64,000 bases of DNA. Origin: Selaginella moellendorffii (taxonomy: Eukaryota; Plantae; Lycopodiophyta). Positions 38,664 through 49,470 of this stretch are shown here, one piece after another. Position 1 is the stretch's first letter, and every line of letters starts with the position of its first letter. Location of the stretch: positions 1,053,514-1,117,513 of the forward strand of contig NW_003314315.1 of NCBI RefSeq assembly GCF_000143415.4. The letters are read 5' to 3'. The notes under the pieces are model-generated. The model searched no databases and was not told the DNA's origin. It saw only the letters and a program-made list of their open reading frames with translations. The position numbers were made by a program, and so were the translations under genes.

Positions 38664-41600
38664 TCAAGAACGAGTGGAACGAGGATGTGAACGAGAACGA
38701 AGAGGAGGATGAGATGAGCGGCGAGGGATGGGAGAGGGAGAAAAGAAATGAGGACTGGGACGAGAAGGATAGCGGCAGTGGAAGTCCTGAACAAGGTCAG
38801 GAGAATGAATCAGGTTGTCCGCAGGTTCCCAAGTGCGTTCCTCAGGTCCGTAACCCTTCCAGTCCACTAGATAGTAGAGTTTAGACCGTGAAATCTTTGA
38901 ATCAAGGATGTCCTGAACCTCGTACTCAGACCCATCCTCGAGCTGCACTGGTGGAGGCGGAGGAATGACCCGATTTGGAATAGGACTGGGAATATAAGGC
39001 TCAAAGAGAGAGGAGTAAAAAACGGGGTGAATTTGATATGAGGAGGGAAGTGCAAGGCGATAAGTGACAGGATTAATGATGGCAGTGATAGGGAAAGGAC
39101 CAAGGCGTTTGAAATCGAGTTTTGGACAGGGCTTGGTGGTGGAGATATTTCGCTTGAGGAGCCAGACTTTATCCCCGATATTGTAAGGGGGACAATCCTG
39201 ACGATGGACATTGGCAAATGTTTTATGAGATTCCTGAGCACGATGGAGGTGGAAGGAGATGGAGTTGTGGATTTCCTGGAGGTTGGAGATAAATGCCTTA
39301 GAGCGGGGATTTGAACGAGAGGATTCATATGGAGAAGGAAGTGAGAGATTGAATCGGGGATTTCGGCCAGAGTTCGCAAAGAAGGGGGAAACTCGAAGAG
39401 AGGAGTGAACAGAGTTGTTATAGGAAAACTCAGCAAGGGGAAGGATATCAAACCAGTTATCCTGATGATAGTTGATGAAGCACCTCAAGAATTGTTCCAA
39501 CGTCTGAATCGTTCGCTCAGACTGCCCATCAGTTTGAGGATGATATGCCGAAGAGAGGTTGGCCTTCACTCCAAGCAGCTGCAAAAACCGTTGCCAAAAA
39601 TGAGAGATGAACTGAGGCCCCCGATCCGAAACCACATCTGTAGGAATCCCATGAAGTCGGAAAATTTCCCTGAATACCAGTTTTGCCATGTCCTCGCCCG
39701 AAAACTCCTTGGTACATGGCAAGAAGTGCGCCATCTTTGTGAAGCGATCCACCACGACTAAAATGCTGTTGAAGCCTCCAGAACTCGGAAGATCACTCAA
39801 GAAATCCATGGAGATGGATTCCCAAGGACCTGAAGGGACCGGAAGGGAATGAAGCAAACCTGAAGGAAGGTGGCGAGGTACCTTATTCCGGGCACAAGTG
39901 TCACAGGAGGTAACAAAAGCTTTGATGTAGTCGTCCATGTGAGGCCACCAAAAGTCCCGTGCAACTAGCTCATAGGTTTTTGCAATGCCGAAGTGACCAG
40001 CAGTCGGGCTATCATGGCACGCCATCAGGACCAACCTTCGAGCATCACCTTCAGGAACGTAAAGCTGCTCCCCACGGTACAATAAGCCATCGAAGAACTC
40101 GAACTCGTCAAATCGCCGGCAGTCGGGAGTCACTGGGTGTCCAGCCTGAAGATGGGGGAAAATGTCGCTAGCGAGATCATCGGATTGAAGATCGTTTCTG
40201 ATTGCATCCATCAAGGAGGAGTCCTGAGGGGCCAGGGAAATTGCCATAACTTGAAGCCGATCAGGACCGAGGATAACTTGATCCTGTTGATCGAAGGCAG
40301 GATTACCAGGCCTGAGACTGAGATAGGAGCGCCTTGAAAGAGCATCAGGAAGGCCTTGAAACTTTCCAGGTCTGTACTTGATAACAAAGTCAAACCGACT
40401 CAGGAATTGTGCCCACCTTGCTTGACGACGGCTTAAAACTCGGGAAGTGGCAAAGTACTCAAGATTTTTGTGATCCGTCCAGACTGTTGTTTGATGGCTC
40501 GCCCCCTCCAAGAAACGGCGCCACTCTCCAAAGGAATCCACGATGGCAAGGAGCTCCTTGTCGTGGATTTCGTAATTGATCTCCGCAGGCTGGAATTTCC
40601 GAGAATGGAAAGCGACCGGATGAAGTTCGTGATCCGCTCCGAGTTGAGACAGCATAGCACCAATGGCAAAGTCGGAGGCGTCAGCCTCGATGAAGAAAGG
40701 TTGTGAGGAATCAGCATGGATCAAGACAGGAGCAGAACTGAAGGCTGCCTTGAGTGTGTCGAAGGCCTGCTGGGCAGCAGCAGACCAAGAGAAGGGAACA
40801 TCCTTGCGAGTGAGATGTGTGAGAGGAAGGACAATGTCAGAGTAGTGATCAATGAATTTGCGGTAGAAGTTGGCGAAGCCAAGGAAAACCTGAACGTCCG
40901 ACATTGATTGTGGAGGCTCCCATTCGAGAATAGTCTTGACTTTAGCAGGATCCCATCGTGATACCCTCAGGAGTGACAATGTACCCAAGGAACTCCACAG
41001 ACTGCTGATCAAAGGAACATTTCTCAAGCTTCGCGTATAGACCGTGTTCTCGCAGCTTCGCTAGCACCTTGCGAACATGTTCGTCATGCTCCTCCTGAGT
41101 TTTTGAGTAGATGAGGATGTCATCGAGGTAGACGATCACCATCTGATCAAGAAACTCCCGAAAAACGTCGTTCGCCATGTGTTGGAAAACTGCTGGAGCA
41201 TTTGTCAAGCCAAATGGCATGACAGTGTACTCGAAGTGGCCATAGCGGGTTTGGAACGCAATCTTCCATTCATCACCAGACTGGATCCAGATCAGGTTGT
41301 ATGCTCCACGGAGGTCGATCTTGGTGAAGAAGCGGGCACCACCGAGGCGTTCCAACAGGTCTGAGATCAAGGGCAGCGGATAATGGTTCCGAACAGTCAC
41401 CTTATTCAAACCTCGATAGTCGATGACTAGCCGCAAGCTCCCATCCTTCTTCTTGACAAAGAAGACAGGCGCTTCAGCCGGGGACTGCGAATGCTGAATG
41501 TAGCCCGAGGCAAGGTTCTCATCCACGTACTCTTTGAGGGCCTTAAGCTCGGACGGGGATAACCCGTAGATAGGCCCCCACGGAGGTGACGCTCCTTCCT

Positions 41601-42438
41601 GTAAATCAATGGGACAATCATAAGGCCGATGAACAGGCAGTACACTAGCTTTTTTCTTGTCAAACACATCCCCAAAATCATGATACTTCTCAAGAAGACT
41701 GATAGGAGAAACATGCAAAGCAAAAAGAAAAAGAGGTTCTTCATGAAGGAGTTCTTTCATAGTGATTGTGGAGATAGGAGAAGGGGTATGACTAAATGGA
41801 ATGACGAGACGAGGATACTGTCCAGTGTAAGATGGAAGGGAGGAAAAAGAAGAGGATGAAAACTTTGTAGAGTCAGGAACAGAACCCCGACTTGAGTTTA
41901 GGGAACTTTTCCTGATTCGGACTCGATGAACACCAGGGGAAGCCGTGGGAGATGGTGATGGGGGAGAGATGAGCTGTAAGTCCTTCCAACAAATCTGAGG
42001 CTGATGTAGTTGGAACCAAGGAAGACCGAGCACCACAGAGGAGGACTTGCTGTTGATGATGTTGAAGGCGATATCGGTGACGGTGGACCCGATGTGTACT
42101 CGAACGGGCAACGTTTCCCTAAGTCCAGAAGATGGAGACACAAAATGCCCGCCGATGCCTTCAACCCTCAGATCCCGTATGGTAGGAGAAAGAGGAACGT
42201 GATGTCGGGCAGCAAAGTCCGTGTCCATGAAGCAGGAAGTTGCACCCGAGTCCAGTAGCGCCAAAGCCTTGAGTCCTGATTGTCCGGTGAAAGAAAGGAG
42301 ACATGGGACACGGAAGTTGCGGGAATTGGTGGTGGCTTTGATGAAAGGTGGTGAGGAGCTTGATAAGGAAGAAAAGTGATTTTTATTTGGGGAGTCCAAA
42401 CAGACAGCTCCTACTCTGTTTGGACAGGGTCGTTTCCC
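38664..42438 (-). CDS. pol: Pol polyprotein (protease, RT, RNaseH, integrase, chromodomain) with one frameshift near 40950
   Basis: ALLDSGATSCF; FFTKIDLRGAY; VYLDDILIYS; EADASDFAIG; HDSPTAGHFG..CDTC; VVSDRGPQF; HPQTDGQSE; EYEVQDILDSK..YLVDWKGYGPEERTWEP. GITM(G)DPAKVK is broken by one extra base. Confidence 0.95.
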
Positions 42439-43382
42439 GACTGCAACAGAAGTGGACTTTGAGGCAGAGTGAACTCGAGCAATCGGGGAGGCTTCCTGGG
42501 ACACACAGCTGCTTTGTGAGTAGGATCAGCACAGTAGAGGCAAAGATTATGAGATATTCAACATTGCCTCTCAGTAGGACTCAACTTCCCTCTAATGAGT
42601 CGGGGAGTACCAGAAACATCCATCGGGACCGGAGCAGTAGGTTCAGGACTATGCCCCGAAGACTCAAGCTGGGATTCCTGAGTCTGGGACGGAAAAACAG
42701 CGGCGCGGCGACTTTCCTGACGACGTTCAAAGAGACGATTGTCACATCGAACAGCTTTGTTGATGGCGTCCGACAGGTCCTTGGGATCCTCCATGGTGAG
42801 CAACAAATCCTTGACACCGTTGTTGAGGCCAAAACGAAATTGGTCAATCAGAGCCCGCTCATCCCACTGAGTGTCCAAGGCAAGGAGTTGGAACTCTGCA
42901 GCGTAGATCAAGGCAGGACGAGACCCCTGAGAGAGACGTCTCATCTTTGTGGTAGCAGCCCGAACCCGATCCGTCTCGCCAAAACATGCTTCGAGCTTCT
43001 CTTTGAACAATTGAAGATCCATTAGCTCCGGAACCACGACCCCTTTCATGCTCTTCTCCAGAAGAGGAGAAAACCATGACAAAGCTGCACCCTCGAGCAA
43101 CGTCCCAATCGCGCCGATTTGAGACTCAGGAGTGGGGTACCGCCGATGTTGAAGTGCAAAGATCAGCTCCATTTGGTTCAAAAATCCACGAAGCTCCGAA
43201 CGCTTGCCTGAAAATTTCGCCGGGAAACTCACCTTCGGTTCAGGAACTTTGCTGGATCCTTGAGCCGAAAGTGAAGCAAGCTCCTGCTGCATGCGAAGAA
43301 GGGTCGCCTTCAGCTCGGTATTCTCAGACTGGATTTTTGCAAGGACTTCGGCAAAGAAATCAGGATGGCTTGGAGACTCCAT
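42411..43382 (-). CDS. gag: Gag with CCHC zinc knuckle; premature TGA at 42558-42560
   Basis: PAKFSGKRSELRGFL..LLEGAALSWFSP..LSQGSRPALIYAAEF..FRFGLN; after the stop the frame continues CLYCADPTHKAAVC and ends SGNDPVQTE*. Confidence 0.9.
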
Positions 43383-44759
43383 TGGCAAGAAGAAAGAAAA
43401 GAAAAGGGGGAAAAAGACAAAGGCAATCAAATAATCAAAACGAGCTAAAAGAAAAGCAAAAAACACAATCTGAATCAAACTGTCAAGACCCCCAACAAGA
43501 TCAAGACTGGAAAATGCTAAAGACAAAGAGAAAAAGCTAGTGAAAACAAAGAAAAGGCCTTAGACTGGTGTTGATTCAGATTGTGGAGAAAGGGAACAAG
43601 GCTAACCTATATATACTATAGGTTGATGAAGCTCCACCACTCTTGGATCGAGGACGGCCTAAATACAGCTGAGGTCGAGGAGGCGCCACATCATCATCAG
43701 GAATGTGGCTCGAGACTCAGGAATCGAGAGGTGTCTCGAGACTCAGGAATCGGGAAGTGTCTCGAGAGTCAGGAATAGGGAAGTGTCTCGAGAGTCAGGA
43801 ATGTGGTCTGCAGGTCAGGAATCCGGCGAGAGTCAGGAATGTGGCAAGAATTGGGGGATTCCTGACATTTGCTAGCCCCAAGAATGGCATCCATGCCACT
43901 CAACACTTGCACCTGGTCCAAGTGCTCCTCGTGTCCGGTCCCAAGACCGACACCCAAAGGTACCACTGACATCTCGGCCCGTTACGCTAAGGCCATGCCC
44001 ATTCACCTCTGCTGCACTAGTGGTCCAATACCACTTGCATCACAATCCCGTCTCTCCAAGACTGGGCCATCTGTCCACGAGTGGTCATCCTAGATCCACT
44101 CCTTAGCATCCTTAGGATGCCCACAGACCTGGGGAATTGCCTTCCCCAAAGTCCTTTGCCAGTTCCTACCAAGTCCATTTCTGCCCCTGGCCGTGTTTGC
44201 CAACACTGCCACTGGATCGAGGCCCACAGGCCCGACCTCTAAGTCCCATGGTCCTCTGGGACTTCCTCACCACACGACTGTGTCCTTGGTCACTACCCCA
44301 GAGGTCTGCTCCTCTTCCTTTCCACAGTCTAGGCCTTTGGGACAACATTTCGGAACACCGTGGCCTTACGCGAGCCACCTGGGTACTCTACCCGCCTTTC
44401 GCCTTTAGGTGCTTTAGCCATGGGCTTAGAGCGAGGTTCCATTGAGCCACGCCTGGTATCCAAGTAGGTAGTGCCACCCACACTTGGACTGGGAGCATCG
44501 GCCAGTCGATCTCCCGGGGGAACTAGAGCCGGCTCTTGAACACTTCACCAAGCTACCCCGCTTGTCGGTCCGTATTCACTCTAGTCTTGGACTTCCCAGT
44601 GGTCAGTTCATCACCCAACACTGGGTCTGGCCTTCCTGGGCCAAACTGGCCTTTCCTGGCCAAACTGGCTCCACTGCAGTCCTCCCCCTTACTATACTTT
44701 TGGAGCTCACCAAACCCCCCAGGGTCTGGGAGACGAACGCTTTGGGCTTTCACCCTCTC

Positions 44760-45225
44760 AGACTCGAACTCGGACTCGGACTCGGACTCGGACTCGGACT
44801 CGGTCTCAACCTTGGCCTCGGCCTCGGTCTCGGTCCCGGTCCCGGTCTCGGTCTCGGTCCCGGTCTCGGTCTCGGTCTCGATCCCGGTCTCGGCCTCCAT
44901 CTCGGACTCCGTCTCGGTCCATCTCGGACTCCATCTCGGGTCCATCTCGGACTCCGTCTCGGTCCACCTCGGACTCCATCTCGGACTCCATCTCAGGTCC
45001 ATCTCGGACTCCATCTCGGACTCCATCTCGGGTCCATCTCGGACTCCATCTCGGACTCCATCTCGGGTCCATCTCGGACTCCGTCTCAGTCCACCTCGGA
45101 CTCCACTTCGGGTCCATCTCGGACTCCATATCGGACTCCATCTCGGACTCAACTTCGGGTCCATCTCGGACTCCATATCGGACTCCATCTCGGGCTCCAC
45201 TTCGGACTCCATATCGGACTCCAAC
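44760..45225. repeat. Tandem CTCGGA / CTCGGACTCCAT arrays inside the family B LTR (also 32205-32620 and 26195-26370)
   Basis: Hexamer and 12-mer periodicity visible directly in the sequence. Confidence 0.95.
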
Positions 45226-47524
45226 TAGGGTCCGCCTCGCTTATTGCTCGCTTCATGCTTGTTCCTCGAGCACTTTGTTGGGAGTTCCCCTCCCGCTCTC
45301 AACCTTCCAAGTCGGAGCTTTTAGTCCAAACGTGTTACGCTCGTTTGGCTTTCGCTTCGGCCACTACCACATGGCACCCTTCCGGCTCCACTTTGGGGCC
45401 TAGGGATTTTGTGTCTCACATATTTATGGAAAGTGTCTAGATTTGCTTATTTGGCATATCTACGAAATGTAGAGATCGGCCTGAACACACTAGTGTTCAT
45501 CCCGTGTCCAAATTCGCAATCTAACGCCATTCCATATTTAGTAGATTTTGAGCTTGTCCCAGAGACTAACTCCTGATACTAAGGGAGGCTTGGGGTGAAA
45601 GCCCAAAGCGTGTGTTCCTTAAGGGGGGGGGAGGCTGTGGGGGGTTCCAAATGTATAGTAGGGATAGTGGGTAAGTCGGGCATGGCCGACCAACCTGAGG
45701 CATAGTTTAGCTCCCGCTTGGGTGCTTGTCCTTGTTTTGCATTTGGCTTGGGTCTAAGCCCAAGTTCTATTCCATGCTAGCTAGTGGAGTACCCATATCC
45801 TCACGTTAAGCCACCGGTATGCCGAAATAGCGCTAAACTCCGTTTAGCTCTATTTTGCATGCCAGTCCTGGCATTGGGATGCTGGTTGCTCCAGGACTGT
45901 TCCAAGTCGCTCCGGGCTCCTGTCCCTTCGCTCCTTGAGCTGTATACTTGAGAGTTGCTCCATGGTTCGGTTTCATCACTCCTTGGCTCCATGCATGGGA
46001 GTTTGGCACCGTTCCTTCGTTCAGTGGCCTAAGGCCCTAAACCTCGGGTTCCACACCGTGTTCCTTTGGACACGTGGCATCTGTCACGTGGCACAAAGAG
46101 GGTTTAGGTTCCTATGGTAAATCACAATAGGATAAAAGGTCAAAACCACGTGCGCTACAGTGAGACTCCTCTAAGTGGTCAAAGATATGGTTAAGTGATT
46201 AAAATAGAATGGAAAATTTAGTTGCTTATAGTGATATAGCTAGCAAAAACAAATGGCTTGAAAAATAAACCTCTATCTAAAGCTTGTTGGAATGATTTAG
46301 TCATTTTTATCCTTCAATAGACCTTTATACATACTTATATAAAATGCCAAGTTATAAGAAATGGACTAAATCTTGAGGATTTAGTGGAATGCTTATCTAT
46401 TAACATTGAAATTATTAGAAGGAAGTGATAAACAAGCAAGCCAAATTAGCCAATAGTTTTGCACTGTCCCAAGTATGAGTATATTATTAGAGAACGAGGA
46501 GGATGAATAATTTTGAGCAACTAAGATCTTAGGTGCTTCCAAGTTAAAGAACAAAAAATTTATAAAATTGAGTGGGTTATATGACGACCTAGAGTAGGAT
46601 CTGTAGTCAAGTGTCTTAATTGGATTGGAGGAAAAATATGTGGTAAACAAATTACCTTAGGAATTTTATGCGACATGATCTTCTATAATATTATGATTAA
46701 TTTATATGGTTTTATCCAATAACTATTCTTAAGAAATTCTAAAAGTAAAAAACAACAAATATGTGAAAATTACAAATACTTAGTCAAAGGAAGCAAAGGC
46801 AATATACTCAAAAGCATTACAATTGAAGATGGAAGTTAATATTGTCAGCATTAAGTAATAATATCATTATCACAAATATATAGTTCTCAATTATGGAACT
46901 GATACTCTAAACAGAAAGGTTTGCAACATTATAATCAATCAATTCTTAAGTTGTACTTGCGTATACTTCTTTCAATAGTAGACTTCTAATAAATCTTTCA
47001 TCCTTTGTAAACATATATATTTTGTATATTGTATGTTTCTTGGGATGGATTAAAACTCTACAATATCTAAACATGAGATGTTCATGATATTGAGAAATAA
47101 TTAGATATTGCTATTGTATTTGAATTTCATATATTATAAATAAGTTTTTATTTATAAATTACATCTAAAACAACATATCTTATAATAGGAATTTTATAGT
47201 AAAAAAAAATTAAATATAAATATACATTATAAATTAGAGGATGCTAACTTAAATAATTAGTATAATACTAATTATTAAATATTAAAAATAATATTTTCTT
47301 CTGTAAACTAGTTAATAAAGCAAAATGTCTATTAAATAGCAACTATTGCCACTAACTGGAAGTTTATACAGATCTAAATATTTAAAATGATTATTTTAGT
47401 TTAAAATACTAAAACCTTAAAAAAATATTCTTTATTGTGCTAAAATATTTTTAAGATATTCTTGTCAACTCCAGCGGATTGTCCGTTTGGACCATGACGA
47501 GCAGTTGATTCGCCGAATATTTTC

Positions 47525-47530
47525 TATATA
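47525..47530 (+). promoter_or_regulatory. Putative TATA box of the monooxygenase gene
   Basis: CTATATAG about 105 bp upstream of ATG 47635. Confidence 0.5.
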
Positions 47531-47634
47531 GCTCCCACACACACAACGACGCGATAAAAGTCTTCTGGGGGTGTTCCAGACAGTGGAGCGCTGTTATAAG
47601 GTATAGCTTGAGCACTTAGAAATCTCTAGCTCCC

Positions 47635-49470
47635 ATGGCCACCATGAATGGATCGCCCAAGATCGATCCAGACGCCCTCGTCGATGCCTGGCTCACGAGA
47701 TTGGATTCCTCTCTCGCCTCCGGCGACCCATCGGCCGCTGCCAATCTCTTCGAGGAATCCACTTCTTTCTGGCGAGATCTCATCGCGTTCACCTGGAACA
47801 TCGTCACGGTCGAGGGCCGGTCACAGATCCACTCCATGCTCGAATCTACGCTCGAATCGGTCGCGCCCAAGGGTTGGACCCGCCACGGTACCGCCAACTA
47901 CAGCGCGGACTCGGGCGTCATCGAGGCCTGGATCAAGTTCGAGACGCGCGTCGCGGTATGTACGGGGCATTTGCGCCTAGTGGCCACTACTTCCCTCTGC
48001 CGTACGCTACTCACCGCCATGGAGGGGCTCAGGGATTTCCCAGAGAAGAAGGGCCGTACGCGGCCCAACGGTGTGACGCACGGCGTCATACGGCACCGCG
48101 CGTCATGGCTGGACGGGCGCAAGGAAGATGAGCGGACGCTGGGCAGTACCGTGCAGCCCTATTGCGTCATTGTCGGGGGCGGGCAGGCGGGTATCGGGCT
48201 TGCCGCGCGGCTCCGGCAGCTCGGCGTGCCGTGCATTGTTGTAGAGAAGAACCCGCGGCCGGGCGATTCCTGGAGGAACCGCTACAAATCGCTGTGCCTC
48301 CACGATCCGGTGTGGTATGATCATCTCCCCTATTTGCCATTCCCGGAGAATTGGCCGATCTTCGCGCCCAAGGACAAGATGGGAGATTGGCTGGAGGCGT
48401 ACACCAAGATCATGGAGATCAACTACTGGACCTCCAGCGAGTGCCTGGGAGCTCGATTGGATCCACAGTCCGGAGAGTGGGAGGTGAAGATCCTGCGAGA
48501 TGGGAGCAAGGAGGTAACCTTGCGACCCAAGCAGCTCATCCTGGCGACCGGGATGTCAGGATTTCCCAATGTGCCACGGGTTCCCGGGCAGGAGGAATTC
48601 GTGGGCGATCTCCATCACTCGAGCAAGCATCCGGGAGGCGAAGCTTACAAGGGGAAGAGAGCGGTGATCCTGGGATCCAACAATTCGGCCCACGACATCG
48701 CCGCCGATCTCTGGGAGAATGGCGCCGCGGAGGTGACGATGATCCAGCGATCCTCCAGTCACGTTGTTCGATCGGAGTCGCTTTTCCGCTTCCTGACGCA
48801 GGAGATCTACTCGGAATCGGCGGTAGAGTCGGGGATCACGACTGACAAGGCCGACATGATCTTCGCGAGCTTGCCATACAAGATCATGGGCGATGCCCAG
48901 CGATGCAATTCCGATGCGATCCGAGCCCACGACAAGGATTTCTACGCCGCGCTCACCAAGACTGGATTCATGCTCGACTTTGGCGACGACGACTCGGGGC
49001 TCTTCATGAAGTACCTCCGCCGTGGATCCGGCTACTACATCGACGTGGGCGCATCCCAGCTGTTGATCGACGGCGAGATCAAGCTACGCAGTGGCGTCAC
49101 CATCGCGTCGCTCAAGCCGAGCTCGGTGGTGCTGAGCGACGGTACGGAGATCGCGGCCGATGTGGTGATTCTGGCCACGGGGTACGGATCCATGAACCAA
49201 TGGGCCGCGAAGCTAATCTCCCAGGAGGTGGCGGATCGCGTGGGCAAGTGTTGGGGGCTGGGATCGAACACGCGCAAGGATCCCGGGCCGTGGGAGGGGG
49301 AGCTCCGGAATATGTGGAAGCCCACCGCGCAGGAAGGGCTGTGGTTCCATGGTGGGAATCTCCACCAGGCTCGTCACTACTCGCTCTATCTGGCGCTACA
49401 GCTCAAGGCGAGGATGGAGGGAATCGCGACGCCGGTGTATGGCGTGCCCAAGGTCCACCACCTTAGCTAG
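47635..49470 (+). CDS. Bacterial-type (type II) flavin-containing monooxygenase with N-terminal SnoaL/NTF2-like extension, 611 aa, intronless
   Basis: FAD motif IVGGGQAG; WRNRYKSLCLHDP; FMO motif FVGDLHHSSKH; NAD(P) motif GSNNSAHD; ATGY; N-terminal WRDLIAFTWNI.T.EG block. Confidence 0.93.
   Translation: MATMNGSPKIDPDALVDAWLTRLDSSLASGDPSAAANLFEESTSFWRDLIAFTWNIVTVEGRSQIHSMLESTLESVAPKGWTRHGTANYSADSGVIEAWIKFETRVAVCTGHLRLVATTSLCRTLLTAMEGLRDFPEKKGRTRPNGVTHGVIRHRASWLDGRKEDERTLGSTVQPYCVIVGGGQAGIGLAARLRQLGVPCIVVEKNPRPGDSWRNRYKSLCLHDPVWYDHLPYLPFPENWPIFAPKDKMGDWLEAYTKIMEINYWTSSECLGARLDPQSGEWEVKILRDGSKEVTLRPKQLILATGMSGFPNVPRVPGQEEFVGDLHHSSKHPGGEAYKGKRAVILGSNNSAHDIAADLWENGAAEVTMIQRSSSHVVRSESLFRFLTQEIYSESAVESGITTDKADMIFASLPYKIMGDAQRCNSDAIRAHDKDFYAALTKTGFMLDFGDDDSGLFMKYLRRGSGYYIDVGASQLLIDGEIKLRSGVTIASLKPSSVVLSDGTEIAADVVILATGYGSMNQWAAKLISQEVADRVGKCWGLGSNTRKDPGPWEGELRNMWKPTAQEGLWFHGGNLHQARHYSLYLALQLKARMEGIATPVYGVPKVHHLS

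Larger units (their letters stand above)
38266..43867 (-). mobile_element. Young Ty3/gypsy chromovirus (Tcn1/Tf1-sushi-like)
   Basis: 387-bp LTRs 38266-38652 and 43481-43867 (two differences seen by eye), TSD CTTGC/TTTGC, PPT at 38653-38668, gag-PR-RT-RH-IN-chromodomain order. Confidence 0.97.
38155..45420 (-). mobile_element. Family B solo LTR (38155-38265 + 43873-45420) split by the chromovirus
   Basis: TGTAAGCG...TCTCACA termini, perfect TSD TATTT (38150-38154/45421-45425), homologous to 31209-32849. Confidence 0.9.
33678..46159 (+). mobile_element. Family A element copy A2 with nested insertions
   Basis: 5' LTR 33678-34813, PBS TGGTATCAGAG 34816-34826, PPT 37758-37770, 3' LTR 37771-38154 plus 45426-46159, perfect TSD GTGAG (33673-33677/46160-46164). 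Confidence 0.92.

Noticed and set aside
42348-43540. Plus-strand ORFs of 225 and 154 aa
   Set aside because: Antisense shadows of gag.
44484-45440. 318/230/223-aa ORFs with SD, GL and ET repeats (also 32095-32616, 26104-26502)
   Set aside because: By-products of stop-free CTCGGA/CTCGGACTCCAT tandem arrays inside family B LTRs.
46231-47460. Helitron or MITE in the very AT-rich stretch
   Set aside because: No TIR/TSD or 3' hairpin-CTRR terminus could be confirmed by eye.
47635-49470. Calling the FMO a YUCCA auxin gene
   Set aside because: Too long, has a ~170-aa N-terminal extension and GSNNSA rather than YUCCA-type GCGNSG; closer to bacterial type II FMOs.
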